A stretch of DNA of 64,000 nt from Elusimicrobiota bacterium (GTDB lineage: Bacteria > Elusimicrobiota > Elusimicrobia > UBA1565 > UBA9628). The position numbers and the translations under genes were made by a program. Of the stretch, positions 51,741 to 63,369 are shown piece by piece. Numbering within the stretch: the stretch's first letter is position 1; each line of letters starts with the position of its first letter. The notes beneath the pieces are model-generated. The model searched no databases, was not told the origin of the DNA, and worked only from the letters and a program-made list of their open reading frames with translations. The stretch spans positions 36,016-100,015 of the forward strand of contig JAPLKL010000041.1 in the NCBI GenBank assembly GCA_026388095.1. The letters run 5' to 3'.

Positions 51741-54700
51741 TCACTGCGAGATGCGCTTGAAATACTCCTTGATGACCTCGTCGTAGGAGGCGGGCCGCTT
51801 CTCGCGCAAGGAGCGTTCCAGCTCCTCGCGCAGCTCCTTGGGCGGCAGGTAGTCCTTGGCCTTGGGCAAGGGCACGAACTCGACGCGCGCGCCCATGCCC
51901 CCCCCGCCCGACATCGAGCGCACTCCGCCGGCCGGCTGGGAGAAACCCGCGTTGATGCCGATCTCGATCTGCTTCTGGGCCGCGGCCGAGCGCTGCAGGT
52001 CCTGGCCGCCCTGCTCCAGCAGCTGCAGGGCCTTCTCCTGATGGCTCAGCGCCGAGGCCGAATCGCCCCCGCCCAGGTCTTTCTCGGCTGAGCCTTGCTC
52101 GCCTTGAGCGGCTTCCAGCTTGGCCGCGGCCTCGGGCGGGGCCGCGCCGAGGTCCTCGACCAGGGATTCCAGCTCGTGCTGCAGCCCGGCGGTCTGGCTC
52201 CTCACTTCGGCCTGCCGCCGCGCCGCGGCCGCGGTCTCGTCGTCCGGCCCCGACGGCGGAGGGGAAGCCGGGGCTTCGTCGAGGCGGCGGCCGATCTCCT
52301 CCTGCGCGGAGGCGAAGCTCTGCATGGCCGCGCCGTGGCCGGCCCGGCCCGAGGGCAGCCGTGCCGAGGCGCGCAGCGAGAAGACGGCGGCAGCCACGAG
52401 GCTACCGGCCCGGCTGACGCGTCCGGAAGCGAACTCATCGCGCAGGGCCTTCATCATGGGCGGGACCTCGGCCGGAAAAGCCTCCCCGTAAGCCGCGGCC
52501 GACGAGAGGAGCACGGATTCATCGGCCGCGAGCTTGGCCAGCAGGTCCTTCTGCGCGGCCACGAAACGCTGCCGCCGGCGTTCTTCCAGGCTTTGGCTCT
52601 TCTCCGCCAGGCGGGTCTGGCCCTCGACCACTTCGGACCACCGGGCTTGCAGCCTCTCCAGGCGCGCCGAGCCCTGCCGCGGCGCAGCGCCCGCCGCCCC
52701 CGCGGCGGCCGCCGCCGTGACCGCGTTCTCGATGGCCGCGAGCTGCGCCGCCAGTTCCTTGGCGATGGCCGCGGCCGCGGCGTAGTCGCCCGCGCGCAGG
52801 GCCGCCTGCAATGCGTCGGCCGAAGTCTGGGCCGCCAGCAGGGGCATGCTATAGCTGCGCCGGGACTTGTCTTCGGCTCCGCCGGGCTGGGCCTGGGGCA
52901 GGGCCGCGATGGATTTCTGGAGCCGGTCCATGCGCTCCTGCAGGCTCTTGAGAGCCTCCTGGACCTGCCGCAAGGCCTCCGCCGAGGGCCGCCCCTTGCG
53001 GCTGCCGGACAGCGATTCCAGCTCCGCGGCGAGTTGCTCGCCGTCCTGGCTCATCCGGCCGGCCTGCATGTAGAAATCCTGCAGGTCCTGGAGCGGACGG
53101 CCGTTCTTGAGGAGCCTCTCCGCGCGCCGCGCCGCGGCCGCCAGCCGCGCGTGGCGGGCGCGCGCCGCGGCGGCGTCCGAGACCCGGTCCGCGGCCAAGG
53201 CCGCGGGCAGGTCCCGGCCCGCGCTGTCTTTAAGCCGGTCGGCCAATCCAGACACTTCCTCCCGCAGCCCGGGGTTGGCATAGGCGTCGCGGTCCATGGC
53301 CCGCGCCAGCTCCTCGGCCGCCGCCGCGGCGTCCTTCCAGGCCTCGGGCAGGCCGGAGAGCCTCTGGCGGGCCCCCTCGAATTCGCCGGCCGCATAAAGG
53401 TCGCGCAGCGTCTCCTCTCGGCTGGCCAGCGCGCCGAGGGCCGCCTCGGCTCTGCGCCAGCTCCGCTGGGCCGCCAGGTGCCCGGCCGCGAAGTCGACGA
53501 TCTCCACCAGTCCGGGCTCGGAGAGCCCGGTCTGCGGCGGGACCGCATCGTCATAGGCCTTGATCTGGAAGGCGATCTTGGCCCCGACCGGCAGTCCGGA
53601 GAGCGGCCAGGGGTAGTCCCCGATGGACTCCTTGGGCGCTTCGCGGCCGAAACGCCGCAGGGCCAGCTCCTTGGGCGGCTGCCCCGGGACGCGCACCAGC
53701 AGAGCCACGCGGCTGAGGGCCGAGTCGTCGCGCGCGGCGTACGCGACCGGCAGAGAGTCCGACGGGTCCGCTTGGACCGGCTGGATGGGCGAGAGCAGCT
53801 GCGCGACGGGCGGCTCGTCCGGGACCACCCTGAGAGAATAGACGATCGGCGCCGGGTCCCGGCGGCCGTCCGCGGTCTCCAGATCGAACTGGAAGCTCCC
53901 GTCGTCCTGGGCCGTGAAGCCCGCCTCGCAGGCCGCGGCCGGCGGGCAGTTCATCGGCGCCGGGGCAGGGAGGAAGGCGGCGCGCAAGACCGCCTTGGCC
54001 AGAGGCTGATTGGGCCGGCCGGAGATCCGTACCCAGGTCCCCCGGCGCGCAGCCAGGGGCTCGGCCCCGCTCAAGGGCACGACCGCGGCCAGGCCCGCGA
54101 GCCGGGCCTGCAGCGACTCCAGCTGCGGGACGGACTCGGGCGAAAGCCGGTACACGCGGCTCTCCAGGCCCCGCCAGGTCAGCCGGTACTGCAGGGGCTC
54201 GGCCACGGAGGCCACGGTGAAGGAAGCTCCTTGCGGGAACTGGCGCTCCCAAGGGACCAGGCTCCAGGGGCCCACGGTCCTCAGCCAAAGCCTCGTCTCC
54301 GCGGCGCGGCGCGGCCCTCCGGCCGTCCCCAAGAGGCGCACTGAGACCTCTGCCGGCTGGCCGAGGCTCCAGACCGAATCTCCGGGCTGGACCGAAAGGA
54401 ATGCCTCCAAGGCCACGTCGCGCCACGGCGCCAGGACGCGCGGCCAGGACGCCTTCGCCAGCCAGGGCCAAGTGAGCACGCCCAGCAGGGCGGCAGCGGC
54501 GACGCGGCGCAGGTGCGTAGACGGCCTCCATTGGAAAGCGGGCCGGTCGGGGAGGGCTGCGAGCAGCCTTTCCGTGGCCTCGACGTGGGCCCGGGTGAGT
54601 TGTGGAGAGGTATGGGCCGGAGGCGTTCGCCGCAGCTCCCAGGCCGGGATGAGGTGCTGCCGCAATCCCGGGAACTCCAACGCGGCTCCGTCGAGCACCG

Positions 54701-54944
54701 TCAGCCAGAGATTCAGGCGCCAAGGCCGCCAGAGCAGGACCCAGGCTCCGGCGAGCACGGCCGCGAGGCCCGCCAGCCAGACCACGGCGCGCGCGGCCTG
54801 GGGCAGGAGGATGATCTGGTCGAGCCAGAGCGCCGCGCTCAGGGCCGCCAGGCTCCAGGCCAGCAGCCTGCCGCCGCCTTCGCAGAGCAAGGCCCGGGCG
54901 CGTTGGCCGCGCCAGGCCCGGGCGCGCTCGAGCAGGAGGGACAT
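51741..54944 (-). CDS. Large (~1067 aa) membrane protein with an N-terminal TM pair, a periplasmic region and an extensive Ala/Glu/Arg-rich coiled coil; function unknown.
   Basis: The protein begins at MSLLLERARAWRGQRARALL, and TMs follow (LLAWSLAALSAALWL, AVVWLAGLAAVLAGAWVLLW). The remainder is a long low-complexity coiled coil. The C-terminus reads KELREELERSLREKRPASYDEVIKEYFKRISQ. Confidence 0.55.
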   Translation of the reverse strand: MSLLLERARAWRGQRARALLCEGGGRLLAWSLAALSAALWLDQIILLPQAARAVVWLAGLAAVLAGAWVLLWRPWRLNLWLTVLDGAALEFPGLRQHLIPAWELRRTPPAHTSPQLTRAHVEATERLLAALPDRPAFQWRPSTHLRRVAAAALLGVLTWPWLAKASWPRVLAPWRDVALEAFLSVQPGDSVWSLGQPAEVSVRLLGTAGGPRRAAETRLWLRTVGPWSLVPWERQFPQGASFTVASVAEPLQYRLTWRGLESRVYRLSPESVPQLESLQARLAGLAAVVPLSGAEPLAARRGTWVRISGRPNQPLAKAVLRAAFLPAPAPMNCPPAAACEAGFTAQDDGSFQFDLETADGRRDPAPIVYSLRVVPDEPPVAQLLSPIQPVQADPSDSLPVAYAARDDSALSRVALLVRVPGQPPKELALRRFGREAPKESIGDYPWPLSGLPVGAKIAFQIKAYDDAVPPQTGLSEPGLVEIVDFAAGHLAAQRSWRRAEAALGALASREETLRDLYAAGEFEGARQRLSGLPEAWKDAAAAAEELARAMDRDAYANPGLREEVSGLADRLKDSAGRDLPAALAADRVSDAAAARARHARLAAAARRAERLLKNGRPLQDLQDFYMQAGRMSQDGEQLAAELESLSGSRKGRPSAEALRQVQEALKSLQERMDRLQKSIAALPQAQPGGAEDKSRRSYSMPLLAAQTSADALQAALRAGDYAAAAAIAKELAAQLAAIENAVTAAAAAGAAGAAPRQGSARLERLQARWSEVVEGQTRLAEKSQSLEERRRQRFVAAQKDLLAKLAADESVLLSSAAAYGEAFPAEVPPMMKALRDEFASGRVSRAGSLVAAAVFSLRASARLPSGRAGHGAAMQSFASAQEEIGRRLDEAPASPPPSGPDDETAAAARRQAEVRSQTAGLQHELESLVEDLGAAPPEAAAKLEAAQGEQGSAEKDLGGGDSASALSHQEKALQLLEQGGQDLQRSAAAQKQIEIGINAGFSQPAGGVRSMSGGGGMGARVEFVPLPKAKDYLPPKELREELERSLREKRPASYDEVIKEYFKRISQ

Positions 54945-54963
54945 GCGGGCATTATACAAGAAT

Positions 54964-55050
54964 GGACTTGCCGCGTCGCAGACGCGGCAAGTCCGAGCGA
55001 GTCGCCATAGGCGACTCGCAACCGCCGCCCCCATAGGAGGGGGGCGGCGG
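54964..55050. repeat. Cluster of three consecutive GC-rich hairpins (REP-like) in the intergenic region.
   Basis: Hairpin 1 spans 54964-54994 (GGACTTGCCGCGTC-gca-GACGCGGCAAGTCC). Hairpin 2 spans 54997-55019 (GCGAGTCGCC-ata-GGCGACTCGC). Hairpin 3 spans 55022-55050 (CCGCCGCCCCC-ataggag-GGGGGCGGCGG). Two of the loops contain ATAG. Confidence 0.6.
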
Positions 55051-55077
55051 TTCCGTCGGGGGTGGTTAGACTTGCCC

Positions 55078-55431
55078 TTAGCTGGGCACGATGTCCGATT
55101 CCGTGATCGCGTTGGCCGGGCGGGCCATGGACAACTGGGTCTCTATGGCGTCGAGCTCCCGGAACTGGCGCCGGCGGAAGTCCACGATGCGGCTATTGAA
55201 ATCCGGAGCGTTCTGCTTCTCGGCCTCGAGCATGATGTCTTCGGCGCGGACGTTCTCCACGAGCCCGCCCTTGCCTGAGCAGCTCACCATGACGCGCTGC
55301 GAGATATCATTGAAGGCGTCCCACTCCTCGAAGATGGTCTCCAGGAGCACCTTCATCACGGCTCCCAGTCCGATGAGGCCGAAGGCCAAGGTGCTGATGA
55401 ACCTCACGTAGAGTTCCATGATCGTCTCCAC
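55078..55431 (-). CDS. Small hypothetical membrane protein (117 aa).
   Basis: One TM is present (FISTLAFGLIGLGAVMKVLL), followed by a charged C-terminal domain. Composition is ordinary and there is no database-type signature. Confidence 0.45.
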   Translation of the reverse strand: METIMELYVRFISTLAFGLIGLGAVMKVLLETIFEEWDAFNDISQRVMVSCSGKGGLVENVRAEDIMLEAEKQNAPDFNSRIVDFRRRQFRELDAIETQLSMARPANAITESDIVPS

Positions 55432-55479
55432 TTCTATTTTAGGCCGCGCCGGCCGCGATATGCAGGGCCCCTTGGGCCC

Positions 55480-56487
55480 CTACAATTGGACAAAGGTCCC
55501 AGGCGTTGATAGGCCTTTGGGCCCAGGAGCCCGCGAGCACAAAATCGAGGCCTGGTCGATGAACCCCAAGGACTTGGGCGAGAGGGTCTTGAGCGCGAGG
55601 TCTTCACGGAGCTGCATGAGGCTGCTGGCGCCCACGACCGCGGCGGCGATGCCGGGCCGGGAGAGCACCCAAGACAGGGCCGCGGCCGAAGGCGTCGTCG
55701 CCTCCTGCTTGGCCACGGTGATGAGCACCCGGACCACGCCGCCGTATCGTTTCTCGTCCAAGGGCGGGAAGGCCTTGGACGGATCCTGCCTGCGGCCCTT
55801 GGGACGTTGGCCCGGCTCAAGATACTTGCCGGTGAGGTAGCCGCCGGCCAAGGGGCTCCAAGCGATGACCGAGACTTTCTCGGCCCCGGCCACGGGCAGG
55901 ACGTCGCCGTCGGCTGAGCGCGCCACGAGACTGTACTCCACTTGATCGCATTCGCAACGCGGCCAAGCCTTGGCCGCGGAAGCGGCCAGGGCTTGGCGCC
56001 ACTGGGCGCCGGGGAAATTCGAGCAGCCCAGGACTTTGACCTTGCCGGCCTTGACCGCGGCGGCCAAGGCTCCCAAGGTCTCCTCCAACGGCACCCTGTT
56101 GTCCGGGGCATGGGGCATGTAGATGTCCAGATAGTCGGTCTTGAGGCGCTTGAGGCTGGCGTCGAGGGCGGCTCTGATGCGCCTCTTGGAAAGGCCTCCG
56201 GAGGCGGGGTTGTCCGGATCCATCTGCCAGCGGACCTTGGTCGCCAGGAGGACTCTCTGGCGCCTCTTGCCGAGGATGCGGCCGAGCATGGTCTCGGCCG
56301 CGCCGTAGCCGTAGATGTCCGCGGTGTCGATGAGGTTGACGCCGGAGTCGAGCGCGAAGTCGAGCAGGCTGCGCGCGGTCTTCTCATCTACGGGGGTGGA
56401 GCCCATCCAGTCCGAGCCCCAGCCCATGGTGCCCAAGGCCAGCACGCCGATTTCAAGACCCGAGCTGCCTAAAGCCCGCTTCTCCAT
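55480..56487 (-). CDS. Aldo/keto reductase family oxidoreductase.
   Basis: The N-terminus MEKRALGSSGLEIGVLALGTMGWG and motifs such as LIDTADIYGYGAAETMLG and YLDIYMPHAPD, together with the AKR (α/β)8 pattern, support the call. Confidence 0.85.
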   Translation of the reverse strand: MEKRALGSSGLEIGVLALGTMGWGSDWMGSTPVDEKTARSLLDFALDSGVNLIDTADIYGYGAAETMLGRILGKRRQRVLLATKVRWQMDPDNPASGGLSKRRIRAALDASLKRLKTDYLDIYMPHAPDNRVPLEETLGALAAAVKAGKVKVLGCSNFPGAQWRQALAASAAKAWPRCECDQVEYSLVARSADGDVLPVAGAEKVSVIAWSPLAGGYLTGKYLEPGQRPKGRRQDPSKAFPPLDEKRYGGVVRVLITVAKQEATTPSAAALSWVLSRPGIAAAVVGASSLMQLREDLALKTLSPKSLGFIDQASILCSRAPGPKGLSTPGTFVQL

Positions 56488-56560
56488 GCCCAAATCTTAT
56501 ATCTTTTTGGACTCCGAATTAAGTATGGTGTCCCCGCATTCTTTTCTACAATATGGCCGG

Positions 56561-58120
56561 ATGAAAAAGCAGGACTGGCTAGCCCTGGCCGCCGTCCTCC
56601 TCCTGGGCCTGGGCCTGCGCGCTCCCATCGCGGGCATCTTCCTGGAGCGCGACGAGGGCGAATACGCCTACATCGCCCAACGCTGGCTCAAAGGCGAAGT
56701 CCCCTACCGGGACAGCTTCGACCAGAAGCCCCCGGGCGTCTTCGCCGCCTACGCCGCCATCGAGCGCCTGTCCAGCGGGAGTCCGGCGGCCATCCACTGG
56801 GGCGCGCAGCTCTACACGCTCCTGACCCTCTGCCTGGTCTTCCTCATCGGCCGCCGCCTCTTCGGCCCGGAGGCCGGCTGCGCGGCCGGAGCCTTGGCCG
56901 CCTTCATGACCGTGGACCACAGTCTCCTGGGCAACGCGGCCCACTGCGAACTCTTCATGCTCCTGCCTCTGGCCGCCGCTTTCCTGGCCGCGCTGCTGGC
57001 CGCGGAGCGCGACTCCTGGCGCTGGGCCCTGGTCAGCGGAGCCTGCGCGGGCGCAAGCCTGCTCTTCAAGCAGGTCGCCGCGACCGATGCCGCTTTCTAC
57101 CTGGTCTTCCTGCTCTGCGCCCCCCGCATCAGCCGCAAGGTCCTCACGGCCGCGGCCTTCGCCGCGGGAGCGGTCGCGGTCTGGATCCCGGTGGCGCTCT
57201 ACTTCGCGGCGACGGGCGCCTGGGCCCCGTTCTACGACTGCGTGCTGGGCTACAACCTCTCCTACGCCGGAGGCATCCCGCTCTCCGATTACGTAAGGAA
57301 CTTCTGGACCACCTTCTCGCGGACTCTCCCCGGCCTCCTGCCGATCTACCTCCTGGCCCTGGCCGGCGCCATCTGGCAGGCCGGGCCCGCGGCGCCCTGG
57401 GTCATCGGCTGGCTGGCCTGCTCTTTGCTGGGCGTCTGCGCCGGCGGCTTCTTCCGGGCGCACTACTACCAGCAGGCCGTCCCGGCCCTGGCCGTCCTGG
57501 CCGGCTCCGCGCTCTCGGGCTTGTCCCAGCGCTGGCGCCTGCCGCGTCCGGCGCCCTACGCGGCCGCGGCCGCGGTGCTCCTCTTCGGCGTGCTCAGCGC
57601 CGCATGGTACTATGGGCCGGGCTCGGCCGTGGTGAAATGCCGACGGCTCTACCAGGACAACCCCTTCCCCGAAGCCACGGGCGTGGCGCACGTCATCGAC
57701 GAGCGCACCACGGAACAGGACCGCATCTTCGTCTTCGGCTCCGAGCCGGAGATTCTCTACTATGCCAGCCGAAAGAGCGCCACGCGCTATATCTTCCTTT
57801 ATCCCCTCTTCCTGGCTTCCCCGGACGCGGCCGCGCGCCAGCAGGAGGTGCTCGCCGAGGTGCGCAGCGTCAAGCCCAAGACCATCGTCACGGTCTTCGT
57901 GCGCAAATCCTTCCTGCCGTCCAGCGCCTCTCCGCTGGAGATATTCGGGGAGGTCAAGAGCCTTCTGAAGGACTATCACATCCAGGCCGTGGTGCTGTCC
58001 AATCCCAAGAACCCGACCGAACTGTTCGTGGACCAGGCGGCGCGGAAGCTTTGGCAGAAGTACCCCATGTGGTACGACCGGCCGTTCTGGGGGACCTTGG
58101 CGGTCTGGGAACGCGACTGA
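56561..58120 (+). CDS. GT-C-family glycosyltransferase (ArnT/PMT-like, PMT_2-type).
   Basis: The N-terminus is MKKQDWLALAAVLLLGLGL. The extracytoplasmic catalytic loop ERDEGEYAYIAQRWLKGEVPYRDSFDQKPPG matches the GT39/GT83 DE-motif loop. About 11 TMs follow, and then a C-terminal soluble domain. Confidence 0.75.
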   Translation: MKKQDWLALAAVLLLGLGLRAPIAGIFLERDEGEYAYIAQRWLKGEVPYRDSFDQKPPGVFAAYAAIERLSSGSPAAIHWGAQLYTLLTLCLVFLIGRRLFGPEAGCAAGALAAFMTVDHSLLGNAAHCELFMLLPLAAAFLAALLAAERDSWRWALVSGACAGASLLFKQVAATDAAFYLVFLLCAPRISRKVLTAAAFAAGAVAVWIPVALYFAATGAWAPFYDCVLGYNLSYAGGIPLSDYVRNFWTTFSRTLPGLLPIYLLALAGAIWQAGPAAPWVIGWLACSLLGVCAGGFFRAHYYQQAVPALAVLAGSALSGLSQRWRLPRPAPYAAAAAVLLFGVLSAAWYYGPGSAVVKCRRLYQDNPFPEATGVAHVIDERTTEQDRIFVFGSEPEILYYASRKSATRYIFLYPLFLASPDAAARQQEVLAEVRSVKPKTIVTVFVRKSFLPSSASPLEIFGEVKSLLKDYHIQAVVLSNPKNPTELFVDQAARKLWQKYPMWYDRPFWGTLAVWERD

Positions 58121-59721
58121 TGAGGAAGCCCGACCGCTGGGCGTTGGCCGTGGCCGCGGCCGTGTTCATCGCGTTCGTGTGCGTGCTCAGGCACCAGTTC
58201 GTGAGCTGGGACGACGACGGCTTCCTCTACCTCAACTTCCACTTCAGAGGCCTAGGCTGGACCCAGTTGCGCTGGATGTTCACGACCTTCCTAAAAGGTC
58301 CCTATCAGCCCATCGTTTGGATGAGCTACGCGCTGGACTATCTCCTCTGGGGAATGGACCCCGCCGGGTTCCATCTGACCAACCTGCTCTGGCACTGCGC
58401 CAACGCCGCCTTGCTCTTCGTGTTCTCCCGCAGGCTTTTCCAGGCCGCGGCGCCGGGGACCGCGGAGGCGCCCCGCTGCTGGGCCGCGGCCGGCGCGGCT
58501 CTGATCTTCGCCCTGCATCCCCTGCGCGTGGAGCCCGTGGCCTGGGCTGCGGCGCGGCGCGACCTCATGTGCGGTTTCTTCTTCCTCTGCGCATTGCTCT
58601 GCCACCTCAAGGGGCGCGAGGAGCCGGCCCGAGAGAGGTTCTGGCGCGGCGCCACCGTGGCCTGCTACTGCCTCTGCCTCCTGTCCAAAGCCATGGGCAT
58701 CGGCCTGCCCTTGGTCCTGGCCGTCCTGGATTCGACGATTCTTAGGCGGCGCGTGCGCTGGTCGGACCTGCTCCCTTACGCGGTCCCGGCCGCGCTGGCC
58801 GCTGCCCTGGCCTGGTACGGCCAGGCTGTGACCGGCGCGCTGGCCGCGGGCGCGGGCTTCGGGTGGCAACGGCGTCTCGCCCAGGCCTGCTACGGGCACG
58901 CCTTCTACTTGGTCCGGACCCTCTGGCCTTCGGGGCTGGCGCCCATGTACGGAACGGCCCTGAACATCGACCCGCTCGCCCCGAGGTTCTTGGCGAGCGC
59001 GGCTCTGGACTTGGCTGTGGCCGGCTCGGCCTTCGCCCTGCGCCGGCGCTGGCCGGCCCTGTGGGCGGCCTGGCTCTGCTACCTCTTGCTCCTGGCCCCG
59101 GTGCTGGGCGCGGTCAAGTTCGGCCTGCAGCTCGTGGCCGACCGCTACTCCTACCTGCCCTGCCTGTCTGTGAGCCTCCTGGCCGCGGCCGGGCTCCTGG
59201 AACTGGCTCGCCGCAGACCGGGCCAAGGGCGTCCGCTGATCCTCTGCGGCACGGCCTTGGTCTCTTTGCTCTGGGGCCTGTGCGCCCAGCAGCTCTACTA
59301 TTGGCGGGACTCGGAGACCCTCTACTTCCGCATACTCGACGTCGACCCCGGCCAAGCCATGGCCCGCAACAACCTGGGCTTGGTCTACGCAGGCCAGGGC
59401 CGCGGAGCGGATGCCGTGGAGCAGTTCCACTTGGCGCTCAAGCTGAGGCCGCGCTTCGCCGCCGCGCACAACAACCTGGGCTCCGCCATGCTCAAGCTGG
59501 GGCGCCTGCAGGAGGCCGAGGCCGAGTTCCGCGCGGCCATGGCCAGCGACCCGGGCCTGGCGGAGAGCTACAACAACATCGGCCTGCTCCTGGCTCATCG
59601 CAAGCGCTACGACGAGGCCCTGGCCATGTTCGACACCGCGCTGAGCCTCAACCCGGATTCCGGCCTGACCGCGCAGAACCGCGCGCTCTGCCTGCGCCAG
59701 AAGCAGGCCATGGCCCGCTGA
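58121..59721 (+). CDS. TMTC-like GT-C protein (DUF1736-type polytopic domain plus C-terminal TPR repeats); putative protein O-mannosyltransferase.
   Basis: The ATG follows the upstream stop immediately (TGATG). The HLTNLLWHCANAALLF motif and about 10 TMs are present. The C-terminal TPRs include ARNNLGLVYAGQGRGADAVEQFHLALKLRPRFAAAHNNLGSAMLKLGRLQEAEAEFRAAMASDPG. Confidence 0.75.
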
Positions 59722-59728
59722 GCTTCCC

Positions 59729-61759
<2,031 letters not shown>

Positions 61760-61777
61760 TCAGGAGTGGCGCGCTCG

Positions 61778-62401
61778 CTATCGCCGAAGAGGCTGCGCCG
61801 CCGCAGTGGTGAACGGCCGGTCCTTGGTGAGCGGCAGGCGCCCGGTCAGGGCCGCGGCCGCGGTCAGCAGCGTGGGCAGGCAGGTGATGACGGCCAGCGC
61901 TTGCACATGCTCCTCGTCCATGGGCAGCCCGCAGAAGATCACGATGATGCTGACCAGGGCGTATGCGAAGAGGGCGTAACAGACGGCGGCAACGCCCTTG
62001 CGGATGAGGTTGGCGGTCTGGATCTGGGAGCCGATGAGGGAATGGTAGGCGAAGGCGGCGCGCGTCGCCTGGACGGCGCAGACCGCCACCAACAAAGAGG
62101 GCGTCAGAGCGGCCATGTTCCGCATGCCGGCTTCGGGCGAGGTCATCATGACGATGAAGAAGGAGCCTGATGCTTCCCAGAACAGGGCTATGGCTGCGGC
62201 GCGGCTGCGGTAGCGTCCCAGGCCGTAGCCGAGGAAGATGTGGGCCATCCCGCTGAAGAGCCCTGGGAATCCAAGGCAGCCAAGGATGAATTCCAGGGCG
62301 CCGATGAAGTAGCAGATGCCGGATGTGAGAGTCAGGATGGTTGCGGCCTGCTCGACTGAGCGGGGCGATGAGAAGTAGTCCTCCCAGGAACTTTCCTTCA
62401 T
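61778..62401 (-). CDS. Hypothetical polytopic membrane protein (about 6 TM).
   Basis: The sequence is hydrophobic throughout and has no recognisable motif. Confidence 0.45.
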   Translation of the reverse strand: MKESSWEDYFSSPRSVEQAATILTLTSGICYFIGALEFILGCLGFPGLFSGMAHIFLGYGLGRYRSRAAAIALFWEASGSFFIVMMTSPEAGMRNMAALTPSLLVAVCAVQATRAAFAYHSLIGSQIQTANLIRKGVAAVCYALFAYALVSIIVIFCGLPMDEEHVQALAVITCLPTLLTAAAALTGRLPLTKDRPFTTAAAQPLRR

Positions 62402-62497
62402 GCAGGGATTATAGAGAGGTATCCACGATATTGCAATGGCCGGCGGGGTATGGGTACAATACCGCGGCTGTCAGGCAGCTGCCAGGAGGGTCCAATA

Positions 62498-63298
62498 ATG
62501 AAGAACTTCATCTGCGCCTCGGTCGCGCTGCTGTTGCAGGTTCCGGCCTCGGCGGCCGGCGCTGCCGGCTCGGCCAAGGCGGCGCGTCCGGCGTCGGATG
62601 CCGCCATTCTGCAGGAGGCTCGCAAGAATGTGGTGGCGGCCTTCGCCCGCATCGACTCCGCGCTCTCGCAGGCGGTGCCCAAGGTCTCCTCCGATCCCGC
62701 CGGGACGCTGGAAGGACTCTGCAAGACCCTCTCCGTCGCCAGCTGCGCGGTCATAGACAAGCAGGGGAAGATCACCGCGATGGCCCCGAAGGAGAACGAG
62801 CGCTTCGTGGGGATGGACATCTCGAAACAGGACCATGCGGCCAAGCTGCTCAAACACCACCAGCCGGTCATGGGGGACGTCTTCACCGCGCTTGAGGGTT
62901 ATTCGGGCGTGGGCATCTACCACCCCCTCTTCTCGGACAAAGGGCAGTTCTCCGGCGGCGTCGGAGTGCTGGTCAAGCCGGAAGAGCTGCTGGCAGGCGC
63001 GCTGACCCCGCTGGAGGGGAAGGACGGGCCGCAGTTCTCGGTGATCGATACCTACGGGAGGCTGCTCTATGACTCCGACAAGTCGCAAGTCGGCAAGATG
63101 CTTTTCAGCGATCCCCTCTACAGCCCGCATGAGGATCTGCTGGCGTTGGGCAGGCGCATCGTCGCCCGCACCAAGGGCAAAGGCGAGTACAAGTTCTTCA
63201 GAAATGGCAGCAAGGAACTGGTGACCAAGTCAGCGCTCTGGGACACCGCAGGTCTTCATGGAGCGCGCTGGCGGCTGGTGCTGGTGCAGCCGAAATAG
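62498..63298 (+). CDS. Secreted periplasmic protein with a Cache-like (PAS-fold) ligand-binding domain; it has no transmembrane or output domain.
   Basis: AGGAGG lies 8 nt upstream of the ATG. The signal peptide is MKNFICASVALLLQVPASAAGA. The domain pattern ...VIDKQGKITAMAPKENERFVGMDIS...GDVFTALEGYSGVGIYHPLFSDKGQFSGGVGVLV... resembles Cache domains. Confidence 0.5.
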   Translation: MKNFICASVALLLQVPASAAGAAGSAKAARPASDAAILQEARKNVVAAFARIDSALSQAVPKVSSDPAGTLEGLCKTLSVASCAVIDKQGKITAMAPKENERFVGMDISKQDHAAKLLKHHQPVMGDVFTALEGYSGVGIYHPLFSDKGQFSGGVGVLVKPEELLAGALTPLEGKDGPQFSVIDTYGRLLYDSDKSQVGKMLFSDPLYSPHEDLLALGRRIVARTKGKGEYKFFRNGSKELVTKSALWDTAGLHGARWRLVLVQPK

Positions 63299-63369
63299 CC
63301 TGTAAGCCGATCCACGGCCAAGCGTCCGGTCGTTTTGCTACCATCTCGGGCGTCACGCAGGAGGACCAT

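Noticed and set aside
63299-63369. Possible Mg2+ riboswitch (M-box) upstream of corA.
   Set aside because: The intergenic leader is only about 70 nt, which is too short for an M-box, and no characteristic conserved helices were seen.
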